Of a stretch of DNA of 64,000 bases, positions 13,950 through 26,338 are shown piece after piece. The position numbers and the translations under genes are program-made. The notes beneath the pieces were generated by a model. That model worked only from the letters and a program-made list of their open reading frames with translations, did no database searches and was not told the DNA's origin. The stretch is from the NCBI GenBank assembly GCA_030265395.1, contig JARFYF010000017.1, positions 39,276,767 to 39,340,766 of the forward strand. The letters run 5' to 3'. Every line of letters starts with the position of its first letter. Positions within the stretch are counted from its first letter, which is position 1. This DNA is from Rhina ancylostomus (Eukaryota).

Positions 13950-14290
13950 TGAGGTCTGTTCCCTGGAGTAGGGGAGATTAAGAGGGCACATAATTGAGGT
14001 GTATAAAATTATGAGAAGTATGGATAGGGGAGATCGCAGGGAACTTGCAAAAGTTTTAGAGGGGATCAGGGGGTCTAGTATCACCCAGAGAGTGACGCAT
14101 ACCTGGAATGCACTGCCAGAGAGAGTCGCCAACAGCATTTAAGAAGTGTCTAGATGAGCACTTGAATCACCAAGATAGAGGAAGTTGCAGGCTTCCAAGT
14201 GCTGGAAGATGGGATTAATACAGATGAGTGCCCAGTGGTCAGCATGGACATATTGAGATGAATGGCCTCTTTCCGTGGTGTATGTCTCTT
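13950..14290 (+). mobile_element. CR1 LINE 3' fragment
   Basis: gagattaagagggcacataattgaggtgtataaaattatg...tggaatgcactgcc...tttaagaagtgtctagat (RLRGDLIEVYKI / WNALP remnants). Confidence 0.8.
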
Positions 14291-14722
14291 TAACCCTATG
14301 TTCCATAATCAAAGTCAATCTTATTATATGAAACTGTTTCAAATATTTTTCTGAAATCATTGCAGAAAGCATTTGCTGCCTCCTGACCCTGGAAGCACAC
14401 CAGAAATTAAAAGTATTCCAATAATTTGTACATTTATAATCTGTGCATATGATGACGTTTTCATTCAATTTCTCATTATTCCTTTTATTTGCACTATTTA
14501 TTTATTCTGTAATTTATAGACTATTATAGACTATTGCACTGTCCTGCGGCTGCAAAAACAAATTTCACGTCATATGTCAGTGATAATAAATCTGATTCCA
14601 AAATAGAATTAGAAATTAGTCATTCAATACCAAATGGAAACCACAAATAGTGAAATTCTTAGGAATGCAGCAGAGTCCTTTTTGCTTTATTATTTAAATC
14701 AATAGACTATTCAATCTCTTAC

Positions 14723-15630
14723 CTTTGTAGGTAGTTCCTTTGCTTTAGATTCAAACAAATGTTCTAATTTAGTAGTGTCCACAGTCACTTTATCTAAGGA
14801 AGCCCAGACTGTTCCCCGGCCAAATTTACAGCTCCTGAAAGGGCCTTCTGGTTGCTTTAGTTCCTTCCAGAAGAGCTTAACAGTTTTTCTCTTCTTCGTA
14901 AATGCAGAGCCTGCTCCTTGGGGTGACGATAAATTAGAAGGTGGAGGTGGGGGAGGGAGAGGAGGGCTGGGAACTTGTCCAAAAGATGGTGGCGGTGGTG
15001 GTGGTGGAGGAGGCGGTGAACACCCGGGTGGTGGTGGAGGAGGAGGAGGAGGAGGTGGTACAGGTGGAACCATTGAACTACCAAGTGATGGAACAGCTTG
15101 TTTATCGGCCACACCAGAGTCTGCATCCAAAACATCTATGTCTTCCTCATCTTGAAGGTCTGTGAAGTCTAAATCTTTGATCTTCAGCTCTCTTGGACTT
15201 GCTTCAAGTTGATCCCACATGTATTCAGAGTCTTTCTTCAATGGCATAATTATTGGGGTTTTCTCTACATTCTTCTCATTCAGTTCCGCCTCAATACTAA
15301 ACTGTTCCTTAAAAGCCTTCATCTGAGGTTCAGCAAATTTCTCCAAAGTGGCTTTTACATTCCCAGGGATGCTTTCAATTGCAGGCTTCTTTTGACTTTC
15401 CTCATTCTGATGGATGTCCTGCTTGGAAAAGCGTTTGATCAAGCTCTCAGTGGATTCCATTGAAGCCTCTTCTGCAAATTTCTTCTCACCTGCAGTAGGG
15501 ACCTCCTCCTGGGTTACTTGCAAGTTGCTGGCCTTGGTTTTTGCATACAACATGTCCAGCATGAACTTCTTGTCACTGGAGATTGCACTGCACTGATCCA
15601 AACTGGACTGGCGGATAAGGCACCGACCTG
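14723..15630 (-). CDS. FHOD1: FHOD1 large exon: linker ([19 protein letters not shown]), poly-Pro FH1 and FH2 lasso ([10 protein letters not shown]...[10 protein letters not shown]), 908 nt, phase 1->0
   Basis: ORF 14711..15637; tandem cagcag acceptor; AAG|gtaaga donor; FH1 poly-proline at ~14930-15075. Confidence 0.95.
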
Positions 15631-16281
15631 CTGCCAAACAAAAGAAAACTTAATAATGGCCCTTTTAATGCTCAAAAGCAAATAAAGTGTTTAAAAGAAA
15701 ATGGTGAACAATTGCTTAGTTTTTCAAACTCAAAATAAATTCAGGGTTAACAGTAAAACAATAACTTTTGCTTACTTCTGTGGTGGCTGACATTGGAACA
15801 AACTGCTGAATTTCCGCACGCCACCATTTTGAAGTCAAGGAAGAAAAATAACGCTACTCATCAGAACAGCAGAAGTAATGTGGAAGTGTTGCTGTAAGTT
15901 CCACCCTCTACACTGTGGAGTCCTCAAAGTGAGGAGAAACTAAACAAAGTACAACATTTGTTTTGCACCAAGCAAGAACGTGACCATCAGATCTAAACAA
16001 TTTACATACTTCTTTAACATAAACTTCAAATTACAAGTAATTTACTTTCCCCAAGCTAGGGAGTAGCAACTAAGTGTATTGCCTGGCAAATAGCCAAGAG
16101 GTTTCTTGATCATATCAAAAACCTTCAGTAATTTCAAAAAGCAACAAGTCTCCTTCGTTAATTAACAAAATAAAGCAAAGGCAGGTACAGTGAAGGGGTC
16201 GGAAATCATCATCTAAAAGTTGAGCAGAAGACTTATCTTTTCACAAGTAACTTTTCTCACTGTTTACTGAGGAATGTTTAC

Positions 16282-16515
16282 CCTTATCGTTTGTGAAACT
16301 GTTATCAGCAGATGTTCCTACAGTATGCTCTTGGGGAACGAACGGATGCAAAAAGATGCAATCTTTCTTGCCTGTCTCATTATCGCCCCCCTGTCTGTCT
16401 TCTCTCTCTTCCCTCTCCAACGTACTGCTAGTCGAAGAGCTGCTGGAGGCTGAACATGGTTCTCTTTCATTTAACGCTTCATTCTGTTGCTCCTTTTCAC
16501 TTAGCGCCTCAGTTG
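16282..16515 (-). CDS. FHOD1: FHOD1 linker exon (TEALSEKEQQNEALNEREPCSASSSSSTSSTLEREERE...), phase 1->1; 234 nt with the GT donor or 144 nt (16372-16515) with the GC donor
   Basis: ttctttccag| acceptor; open frame; resembles the FHOD3 NERDNCSASSVSSSSSTLEREE segment. Confidence 0.85.
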
Positions 16516-16879
16516 CTGGAAAGAAGAATGACTCAGTTTACCGAACTTCTGTTATATCTCCGCATATATTTTCAGGAACAGTCATATCCTCCAAAATTAA
16601 CAGTGTGAAAAGAAAACTCAGATGTTATAAACACATGCAAGCCTACATCCTAATATTTCCCAATAGTTCTTTAGACCCAGAAACAACTCAGAATTTATTC
16701 ATCTAACAAACTACTAAAATAGTTGCTGATCAACCAGCATAAATATCCTCAGATGGTTCTGAGTCATACCAATGAACATGTTTCTCAGGTATGGTTACTG
16801 GTCTTGGCATTTAGCTAGACTTAGTTGTGATAACAGTTTGGGTGCAAGAGTTTACCATCAGACAGCCAGTGCAGTATAA

Positions 16880-18250
16880 GAAAAGTAAACAAACTGCAGA
16901 TGCTGGAAATCTGAAACAAAACAGAAATTCCTGGAAACATTCAGCAAGTCACGCAGCACCTGCAGAGACAGTTAATGTTTCCGGTCCAAGACTCCTCATC
17001 AGACCTGGGAAACCATAGAACCATAGAACAATACAGCACAATACAGGCCCTTCAGCCCACCGTGTTATGCCGCCCATCGAACCACACCTNNNNNNNNNNN
17101 NNNNNNNNNNNNNNNNNNNNNNNNNNNNNNNNNNNNNNNNNNNNNNNNNNNNNNNNNNNNNNNNNNNNNNNNNNNNNNNNNNNNNNNNNCCTCCAGCCTC
17201 AAGCACTTACTGCAGATGTGGTCATCGCGGACCACAGCAAGGTCCACGGACTCCCACATCAAACAGGAGAAAACAAGTTTTTAGTAGCAGTGAAGGTAGT
17301 GGGGAGAGATGGATAGAACAAAAGGAATATTTTTGATGGAGTGAGACCAAGTGATTAGTGTGGCAGTTAAATGCATATCATGCTTTTTTGCCAGTGTTGT
17401 GCGTTGCTAATAGCAAGGATATGGGACATGCCCAGCAAGCCAGGCTATACAAAGCACTGAGGCAAAATATGACAGGCAGAAATGGCCAGTTCTGAAAATC
17501 AAAATAAAAATTGCAGATGCTGGAAATCTAATACAGAAAACAGAAAATGCTCAAAATAATCAGCAGGTCAGGCTGCATCTGTGGGAAGAGAAAGAGAGTC
17601 AATGTTTCAGATTGGAGACTGTTTCTCAGAAGTGAAAAGGAGACAAAAGAAGCTTGCAAGGCTGCAGGGAGGGGCTGTCTCTGAGACGGTAAAATTGGGT
17701 GTCCTTCGGGATAAGCTGTAAACAAGGTTATCTGGTCAATGAGTATACGGGAACACTTAGTGAATGAGAATATAAACAAAAGAATGTGCAAGTTGTGAAA
17801 TACAGAACAGAAGGACATGGTCAGCGGGTCAGGCATATCCTGCACTACCTGAGGGAGGAAAAACAATCCGCAGATGCTGTGTTCTGGATCAAAAACATAA
17901 GCTGAAGGAGCAACTCAGTGGGCCAGGTGGCAACTGTGGAGACAATGGGATAGTTGGTGTTTTGGGTGGAGACCCTGCATTAGGGTAGAGATTATAGAGA
18001 GGAGATTGCAAGTATAAGAGGTGAAGGGGAGGGGTGAGACAGGAGCTGGCAAGCAATAGGTGGATCCAGGTGAGGAGAGNNNNNNNNNNNNNNNNNNNNN
18101 NNNNNNNNNNNNNNNNNNNNNNNNNNNNNNNNNNNNNNNNNNNNNNNNNNNNNNNNNNNNNNNNNNNNNNNNNNNNNNNGCAAAAGATGCATATCACTGT
18201 GTGTTTCAATGTACATGTGACTAATAAAGATATCTGATCTGATCTGATCT
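16880..18250 (-). mobile_element. Nested cluster: Penelope-like termini with an inserted CR1 3' tail (~17010-17090) and a LINE tail ending (TCTGA)n at ~18180-18252
   Basis: Repeated cagatgctggaaatct...cagcaggtcaggctgcatc units; accatagaaccatagaacaatacagcaca tail; partly N. Confidence 0.65.
16969..17007 (-). ncRNA. Minimal hammerhead motif variant
   Basis: Minus strand: CAGGT-CTGATGA-GGAGTCTTGGACCG-GAAAC-ATT-AACTG. Confidence 0.55.
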
Positions 18251-19459
18251 GAGGTGAGACAACCTCATTTTGTGTGAGGTGCCAATAGTCAGTAGTCAAG
18301 ACATCACCTATATTCCATGGCATTTGACCTCATATGCCAATAGCTAACTCATTGCACTACCTATTTTACATAGAGAAAAACAACAAGATTTAACCCCTCA
18401 AAAAACACATGTTCCTCTAATCAAATTATTTATTTTTTTCAGATTCTGTATGACAATCCCAATGCCTACAATAAACGAAAGTGTGCCATGTGCCGCAGTT
18501 GACATCGTTTACTAAAACTGTATTCTATATTGCTATAATGTAGCTATATTCCAAGTAATATCAGATTTACTTTCTGTTTGCTTAATTACAAATAGGTCTT
18601 ATTTTAGAAGTTGTGATATGGCTGCTTTATTCCTATTCAATGTAATAGGGAGGAAGAACAGAGCATGAAAATATCATTTTATATTTATGAATATAACGTT
18701 GGATATCCCTTGATTATGGTTGGTAATTGGATTGGATCGTAGCAACCCTGTTACTTTATTGTACTGAGAAATTTAGATCAAACCCCAGGTCCATGGTGTA
18801 GAACACAATCAATATTGCCAAGAATAAAAGAGAAAGTAAGTTAAGACATAGTAGTTTTTTGACAGCAAATGAATTTTAAATATCTCCATATATTTCAGAA
18901 GATTGGAGGAGATATAAAATTCCAATTTTGAGGGATCTAGGAAAGAATCAGTTAAAATTAAATATAAAGCAATGACTCTAGACAGTAATAAAGGGCAACA
19001 GGAAATTTGCAGTCAATATTGTTCTTTCTGAACTGGTTTCATAAATCCCAGCAAAGTAGCTTGCATCTACCAAGACATGTATTTATTCAGGTATCTGTTA
19101 CAAATGTTATCTCTTGTAAGGTAAAATTTGCATGAATGTTTTCACTTGGACAGATAAATGTTAAATGAGATCTATAATTTACATATTGGAACGGGCTCAT
19201 TGCTGAAATTATTAACACCTGTCAAGATGTTGTGTGGTAGTGTGCAACTAACATTTTGAACTACTTATTACAATACCAAGTTTCCATAACAAATTGATGC
19301 AGGTTTTAAAGAAAGCAACAGAGATTTCTGATTGTTAATGTTTTTGGTATACACATAGCATTTCATGTACCTACCAGAGATTTCAATGCAAGGATATCAG
19401 GAGGAATCTGCAAACTCTTGTTGATTGGCACTTGACAAAGAACATGGATCAGAAGATGG

Positions 19460-19870
19460 AAAAGAAACAAGCTGCTGGAGGAACTCAGTGTCTCAAGCAG
19501 GATCTGTGGAGGTAAAGAGAAAGTCAAAGTTTTGGGTCAAGACCCTGCATCAGGACTGAGATTGTAAAGGGGAGTAGCCAGTATACAGAGGTGAGGGGGA
19601 GGGGTGAGGCAGGAGCTGGCAAGCAATAGGTGGATCCAGGTGAGGAGAGGTTGATGGGCAGATGGAGCCAGGTGGAGGTGGGAGGGGTGGAGATAGCGAG
19701 AGAGTCTGGGATGTGAGAGTGGAGACAACAAAGATCTGCAAATAATGGAATCTGATAAGAAAGGAAGGTGGCGAGTGGAACCAGATGAGAGGGGGGTGCT
19801 GGGCAAAAGGGGAACAGAAGGCGGTAAGGGACCAAGTGGGTAAAGCGTGTGGTTGATAAACAGATGAGAA
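19460..19870 (-). mobile_element. Penelope-like element terminal region
   Basis: tgctggaggaactcag...gggtcaagaccctgcatcaggactg; near-identical block at ~17900-18080. Confidence 0.7.
19521..19558 (-). ncRNA. Degenerate hammerhead motif
   Basis: Minus strand: CAGTC-CTGATGC-AGGGTCTTGACCC-AAAAC-TTT-GACTT (core mutated). Confidence 0.45.
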
Positions 19871-22588
19871 AAATATCTATGTACTAACAAAAATCTATCC
19901 ATAACTATGTAATCTCCTGCAGGAAAGTAATACAAAACTTCTAATTGAATCTTGTAAATGGTTATTGAACAAGTTTCAGGATTTCTAAAATAAAAACAGA
20001 AAACTTAGGAAATGCATTGTCCCCTTCTGTAAAGAGTGAGGATTTAATGTAACAATTTAATAATATTTTTACCTATACTTAACATGCTTTACGCCAATGA
20101 CATTCCCAAAGTTCCAAAGGGGACCAGGAACAATCTATTTATTCTTGTTCTTTTCTCTCCTTAAAACCTACCACTTTCACCAAGTAGTGGTAACCTATCC
20201 TGATACCACTTTCTTCTTCTCTGTATCAAATTTTGACTTGTTGAATTAATAAATTATCTGCCTTGAGATATTTCAATATGCTAGAGGTGCAGGTATTGTT
20301 GCTGCCTCTTTCGCATGGCAAGGGAGAGGCTGAGCTGAAATCTCCAGCATTTGGTTTCAATTACCATTGTACTCCATTACTTAGCTGTGTTATTTAGCCT
20401 ACTTATGGCAATACTATCATAACAATAGTAACTTGGATCTTCAGTAGATTTTCATATGGAGTAGCTGAAGGGCATAGGAGTTAAAGAAGTGCCCTCATGT
20501 TTCCTGCCATAGGTCACCTCCATGGACCAGGTAAACTTCGGGTGCTTCTCAGCCCTGACTGGGTCTCACAGTGGCATTAGAACTATTGCCCTGTTAATGG
20601 AAAGCAGCTTACAAAAGACCCCAAAACTCATGGATTAACAGGGTTGGGTGGGGGAGGGAAGTGTAATGATGCAGAAGGTGGATCAACAACACTTGTCAGA
20701 ACATCCCATATAATTCGACTGTCAATCACCACCTGCAGTTTAATTGGCTATCACATCTATAAGTGGCAAAACCTAGACGGTGACGTAGTTGTATCCTCCC
20801 TGGATTCTCAGCTCATTGCTCACAAAGGGTCTCAGCACTGTCCTGTTTGGGCAGGCAATCTCGATATCCTCCTTAACATTCTCTTTCATGGACCTGTGCC
20901 CTTGGTGGCTTATTATTAGACCCTAGTAAAGGAGATCTTATAAGTATCAGTGCTTTCAGTTTCATAAGCATTATCCCTTTGACTTATGGGCATGTCGAAT
21001 ATTAATTCCACCTTAAGAACACAATCAAGAAAATAAGCAAGATGATTTCCCTGCCACAGACCACTCTCTTTGTCTACTGAATGGTAAAATCTGACAAGGC
21101 ACTGATACGGATCTATACACAGAGTGAGAAAGATAGAAAGAGATGAAGAGACAAATCCTCAAAGTAAATTCCAATTTTCTTTGCAGTTAGTCAAATTGCA
21201 GTTTGTTTTTCCTAAATGGGCAATTTGATCTTGCAGAAAAAAATCTTTAAGAAGCTCGAATGTTATTTTTCAATTGGTCTTCGACAAAGTTTGTCGTCAT
21301 GCTTGTTATCATGGAGAGATAATTAGACATTCTTGAAAATCACCATAACTGGTATGCAACCCTTGTGTGACCCCTTAAACTTGCCCTACTATGTACTGTT
21401 CCCATTGCTTATACTTCCAAATATACAAGTGCAGAGCAGTTACATTGCTATTTGTGGTGTGGGAAGGGGGTAAGGTATGAATGCCTAGAGACACAACCAG
21501 ATAATACTGTTTTTGTCTACTCAAGTATTACACAATCAAAAATAGTTCTTTCCTCCCCACCACCCAAGAGTGAAGTGTCATACCAATCATTTCTGAATTG
21601 CTCTGCATCATCCTGGCAATGGGTGCAAGTGTTCCTGACATACAAGGAAACACGTCATTCCCCAACTCCAGCTCTTTTGGACTTTGCAGGGTAAGTTGGA
21701 CCTCACTGTTCCAGGAAGGACCATTGTTGGGCTCTCCCAAGACAATTAGATCTTCCCAGTTCAATGCCGGATTGGTGCCCATGTCAGCTAAGATCCTACT
21801 TGCCTCTAATTATTTCTCACATCTCCTACCAACCTCCGCTGACCCACCCCAGAGGGCCAAGGCCCCAATCTTCCTAGCCTTCTGACCCCCAAATGCCCGA
21901 CCCTATAAATTCCCACCTCCCAACATCATAATACAAGGAGCCTCCCAGCTCCAACTAGTCTTCAGACTACACAAGAATTTCAAAACTGTTGGTCTGCATT
22001 TTTATTTTCTGACTTATAATCAATAATGCCTTATTAATTAGGCTGTTATGGTTAGTTAAGTATCTAAGACTTCAGTTACATCATTAGTGATTTCCGATTG
22101 CAGTCACTGAGCAGAGTCAGACTTAACTGACTTATCTTCCAGACTGAGATGCATCTTTTCAAAGGTTAAAATTACACATCAATGCATAATTGAGCACGAT
22201 ATTCACAATAAAGTTCCAGTCANNNNNNNNNNGATATGCCCAATCTCCAGCATTTCCCATGCTATCATCTCTTGATGGTTGAGTTCAGGGATTTCCCCTG
22301 TTCCTATGCTTACTTCTTCTATGTTCTTCTTCAATCCCATGTGCTCCAATTATGTTTATTAATCTCTTGGGTGGCACCTACAAAGGCCTTCTGAAAGTGC
22401 AAACACACATCCAGTGGTTCCCTTCACTATTCTGGTAGTTATAACGTCAAAAAACCTAACAGGTTTGTTGAACATTATTTCCCTTTCATAAATCCCAATT
22501 GACTCTGCCTAGTCCTTTTATTATTTGAAAAACACGATGATGCTGGAGGAACTCAACAGGCCGGGCAGCATCCGTGGAGAAAAGCAGG

Positions 22589-22626
22589 CGGTCAACATTT
22601 CGGGTCAGGACCCTTCTTGAGGACTG
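22589..22626 (-). ncRNA. Minimal hammerhead motif, mutated core (CUCAAGA)
   Basis: Minus strand: CAGTC-CTCAAGA-AGGGTCCTGACCC-GAAAT-GTT-GACCG. Confidence 0.55.
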
Positions 22627-22908
22627 AAGGTAGGAAAAGGGGGAGCTCAATATATAGGAGGGAAAAGCAGAACAGTGATAGATGGACAAAAGAGGGGAGG
22701 TGGGGTGGGCACAAGATGCTGATAGGTAGATGCAGATAAGAGATAGTGATAGGCAGGTGTGGGGAGGAGGGGAGACCATGCCTCTTCTTGTCTTCCCATT
22801 CTTCTACCCCCCATTTTTCCTCCTTACCTTTGAGCCCAGTGGATCTGCTCTCCCCTCCTCCTCTGTGCCTGCCTATCACTATATTGGGCTTCCCCTTTTC
22901 CTATCTTT

Positions 22909-22946
22909 CAGTCCTGAAGAAGGGTCCTGACCCGAAACATTGACCG
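22909..22946 (+). ncRNA. Minimal type-I hammerhead-ribozyme motif (Penelope-associated)
   Basis: CAGTC-CTGAAGA-AGGGTCCTGACCC-GAAAC-ATT-GACCG: stem I, CUGANGA core, stem II GGGTC/GACCC, GAAA box. Confidence 0.65.
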
Positions 22947-23175
22947 CCTACTTTTCTCCAGGGATGCTGCCTGGCCTGCTGAGTCATCTAGATTCTAGCA
23001 TCTGCAGTCCTTTGTTTCCCTGTTGTTATTTTCCAAGTACCCTGTTCCCACTTCCTAATAATAGATCCTTACATTTTCCCTACTACTGATATCAGTTAAA
23101 CTGGCCTAATTCAGGGTAATTTAACAGGCTACAACATCAATGATTAAATTATGTCAGCAGAAGTGGGTAACTTAC

Positions 23176-23273
23176 CGTCAGGGGTTCTAACCGTGGACAT
23201 CCCATGAGATAAAGATGACTTGTTCACATCCCTCTCTTTTTGCGATGCAACAAGATTTTCTAAAAAGCGATTT
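23176..23273 (-). CDS. FHOD1: FHOD1 exon (NRFLENLVASQKERDV...RTPD), 98 nt, phase 2->1
   Basis: ctctttcag| acceptor, G|gtaagt donor; matches human FHOD1 ARFLENVAAAETEK. Confidence 0.92.
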
Positions 23274-24091
23274 CTGAAAGAGTTATAGCAGCAACTCAGC
23301 ACATATTCAAGCAACCCCAAGATCATTCTGGCAACCTGGACTTGGTTGAGGTCCCAAAAACACTCTAGTTCCACACCCCACTACACCAAACATTAAGTTA
23401 AAGAAATTAAACATTCTCAGAGTAAAGCACTTTTTAAAAATTGTATATATACATTTCAAACATCAATACCATTTACATCAAAGCAGCTCTTTTTTTTCCC
23501 CGCTCACCTTCAAGTGCAAACAGCTGGGAAAAGCCCATCAATCAAAATCAAAATTCATGGGAAGGAAAATATCACCCAATTTCCAAAAACATAACCACCA
23601 TCACACACTCATCGTGGCCCAACCACCATTGCACAATTCCTATTAAGATATTCCACTTATTATAGGCCAGTCACTTGCAAAATAAACATACTTATACACT
23701 GATAGAGCAGGCTGGTTTCTAAAAGAAGTACTGATTGTCAATGAACTTTAAACATGAATGGAAACAATTAATATAATTGGTTTAGTTACAGTGATTTATT
23801 ATAAAAAGCTCAAGATGTGTTTAGTTTTTGCAATATAGAAATCGATACTGGTTTTAGATACAAAGTACCAGCCAACCCAGATTCAAGGAGGACTTGATCA
23901 GTTATCAATGAGAAAAGTTGTTATTCCTTTGTTGGAATAGGATCTGCTCAAATGTCCCAACCTTGCTTAATCTTGTACAGGCCTATAATACCATCACTCC
24001 AAAATTTAGGACCTATAGCAGAAGAGACAAATCGCAAAGCAAACCTAGTGCGGCTTTCAAACACAATCTCCATTCCACAGCCAATACTTAC

Positions 24092-24139
24092 TCATACTTT
24101 TTCAGAACTGGTTTATCCCTAATAGGAATCCTCTCAGCC
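24092..24139 (-). CDS. FHOD1: Candidate FHOD1 cassette exon (AERIPIRDKPVLKKYE), 48 nt, phase 2->2
   Basis: tctttttctcag| acceptor and GA|gtaagt donor, both strong; frame-preserving with no stop. Confidence 0.75.
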
Positions 24140-25713
24140 CTGAGAAAAAGACCAGTTTCAAGACGCATTGTCATTAAGTAGCTGGTAACAAGTCATTAGT
24201 GGTTCTGGGAAAGGTAGATTTATAACAAGATATTAATGACTAATGATTTAATTGTTCTAATATTAAATGAAAGCTTCCCTGAAGCAAGTGGTATAGTTAT
24301 CGTAACAACTGTGCACCCCAGAGGTGTAGCCATTCACTGGCATCGAAGTGCAAAATAATCTTGAAGTGGAAAGGCATCAATCCTTATTTCAACAGGAAAA
24401 GGTATTCACTGTACCTCTGCCTCCTGTCACTCCACCATCTTGTTATACACAAGATATTGGCCAAAGGCAAAAGGATCAGCATTCAAAAATACACCAACAC
24501 TCATCTTTACCTTTATCTTCGTGCTCAGTGTAAAGTTATGCATAGGACAATGGAAAAGGTTAAAGACTTCCAATTCGCTTTACTGAAACTTTGCAGCTTC
24601 CTCTGTACCATCTTTACTACCTGAACCAAATGACGTGCAAACTACAAACTATTGAACTCCAATCTCAATTATCTGCTTCACATTTGGCCTTCTGCCAGAT
24701 TCACGCATTTCATCAGTGAAAATCTCATTTACATCTTCTTCATCCTAAGCTTGATTTCCCCAGTGCTCCCCCCCATTTGTTTCTTAGGCTCCATACTGTT
24801 CAAACCTTAAATTGCCCACAGTTCTGCTCCCTTAATCCTATCCTGTTCTTGGACCTTGTTCACCCATCACCCATCTACCTGCCCCCACTTCTCACTGCTC
24901 CTCTCTCGTGCATCCTCTATTGATCCAGGTTTCTACCATCCTCCTCCTTCATTCCCAAATTCCCGTGGACACCATCTTCCAAAAAAAACAAATCTGTACT
25001 ATTCATTGTGGGGTTTTTCAAATCACCTAATAACATGAAACTACAAATTTAGTTTTCTTTCTGTACATTGTACTTTGTGACATGGCAAGGTTTTACTAAA
25101 ATAATTCATCCCCCAGGTGCGGACTTCTTTGGCAAGCCCAGCATTTATTGCTCTTCTAACTGGCCCCTGAGCAGCTTGCTAATTAATTTCAAAGGACAGT
25201 TAAGAGTCAACTGCTTTACTGTGGGTTGGTCTGAAGCCACCTGTAGGGAGATTTCTGTGCCTGAACTTCATTGGCGAACCAATGGGTTTTTACAACCCCA
25301 GAGCTGCAAGGGCACCATTAGCAGATATTTATTCCATATTTATCTTTTTAATTAAACTTAAATTTGCCATCTGCCATATAAACTCAAGCTCTAAATCATT
25401 AGTCTAGGCTTCTGAACTACAAGCACATAAATGTAACCATAATGCCACTGTACCCCAATTATTGAAGGGGGAAGACTAAATATTAGTCAAAATGTTTTTT
25501 TTAAACTCAGGGTTTCATCTTAACTTGCTTTGATCATTTAAGTGAACATTATTGTCCAACATAGGAGCCCTAAAAATTCATGCTCTGCCAAGCCACCTGA
25601 ATACTAGAAAATGATAGCAGAAACCATGGTTTTGTTAGTAAGGATAATGAGTTTAGAGCACCAACAGGTTGGTATTGAATGGAATAAAAGGTAAAGGTAA
25701 TGTGAAGACGAAC

Positions 25714-25761
25714 CTGTGAAGTGACGTTAGGGCTCTTGTGAGAGCTGAATCCACTTTAATA
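25714..25761 (-). CDS. FHOD1: Candidate FHOD1 cassette exon (IKVDSALTRALTSLHR), 48 nt, phase 2->2
   Basis: ttttctgtttgtag| acceptor, weaker AG|gttcgt donor; frame-preserving. Confidence 0.5.
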
Positions 25762-26263
25762 CTACAAACAGAAAACTCGTGGCAACAGATCTTAAACTTG
25801 ACATTTAAAGCCACATTCCAACTTGCACTGGAAATAAAATCTCAGGAATGTTCATACTTTGGACTGATAGATAAAGTGAGTAATTGGAATGCAAAATCTA
25901 CAATTAACTGTGTGGGATCAGAGAATTTGAAACAGCAACAACAACTTTAATGCCGTAAAAATCCCCAAAGTACTTTAAGAAGAGCCTCAATTATTTCCCT
26001 TAATTTTAAGGATTCCCCCTGTAATGTGATGAACCCTGAGGTACCTGAAGGCAAGTAACAGAAGAAACATTGTAGCTTTTTCCACTGTGGAAAAATCACA
26101 CACAACATTTAGCTGAGTAGAAATTTCTGCCAGACACTTGGATTGTGGATACTTAAAGCTTCACCTTAATCCCAGTTACTCCAGTTCTATTGTTACATTA
26201 AAATGAACCTTCAAATGCTAAAAACAGATGATATCTAAATTCCCTCTCACTGATCTGACTTAC

Positions 26264-26338
26264 TTGAAAATACTTCTTTCTCCAGGGCCTGCTTTCATGG
26301 TATTCTTTTCTGAAGATGTGCTCAGCAGATCTGGCTTA
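26264..26338 (-). CDS. FHOD1: FHOD1 exon (KPDLLSTSSEKNTMKAGPGERSIFK), 75 nt, phase 2->2
   Basis: tcatttag| acceptor, AA|gtaagt donor; ERSIFK matches human FHOD1 ERSIYK, which precedes ARFLEN. Confidence 0.85.

Larger units (their letters stand above)
22528..23018. mobile_element. Penelope-like element with inverted terminal repeats, inserted in a minus-strand CR1 fragment
   Basis: ~22550-22655 is the reverse complement of ~22880-22985; each arm holds a hammerhead-like motif. Confidence 0.8.

Noticed and set aside
14775-15596. Gly-, His- and Glu-rich ORFs on the + strand and in alternate frames
   Set aside because: Shadows of the FH1 poly-proline exon
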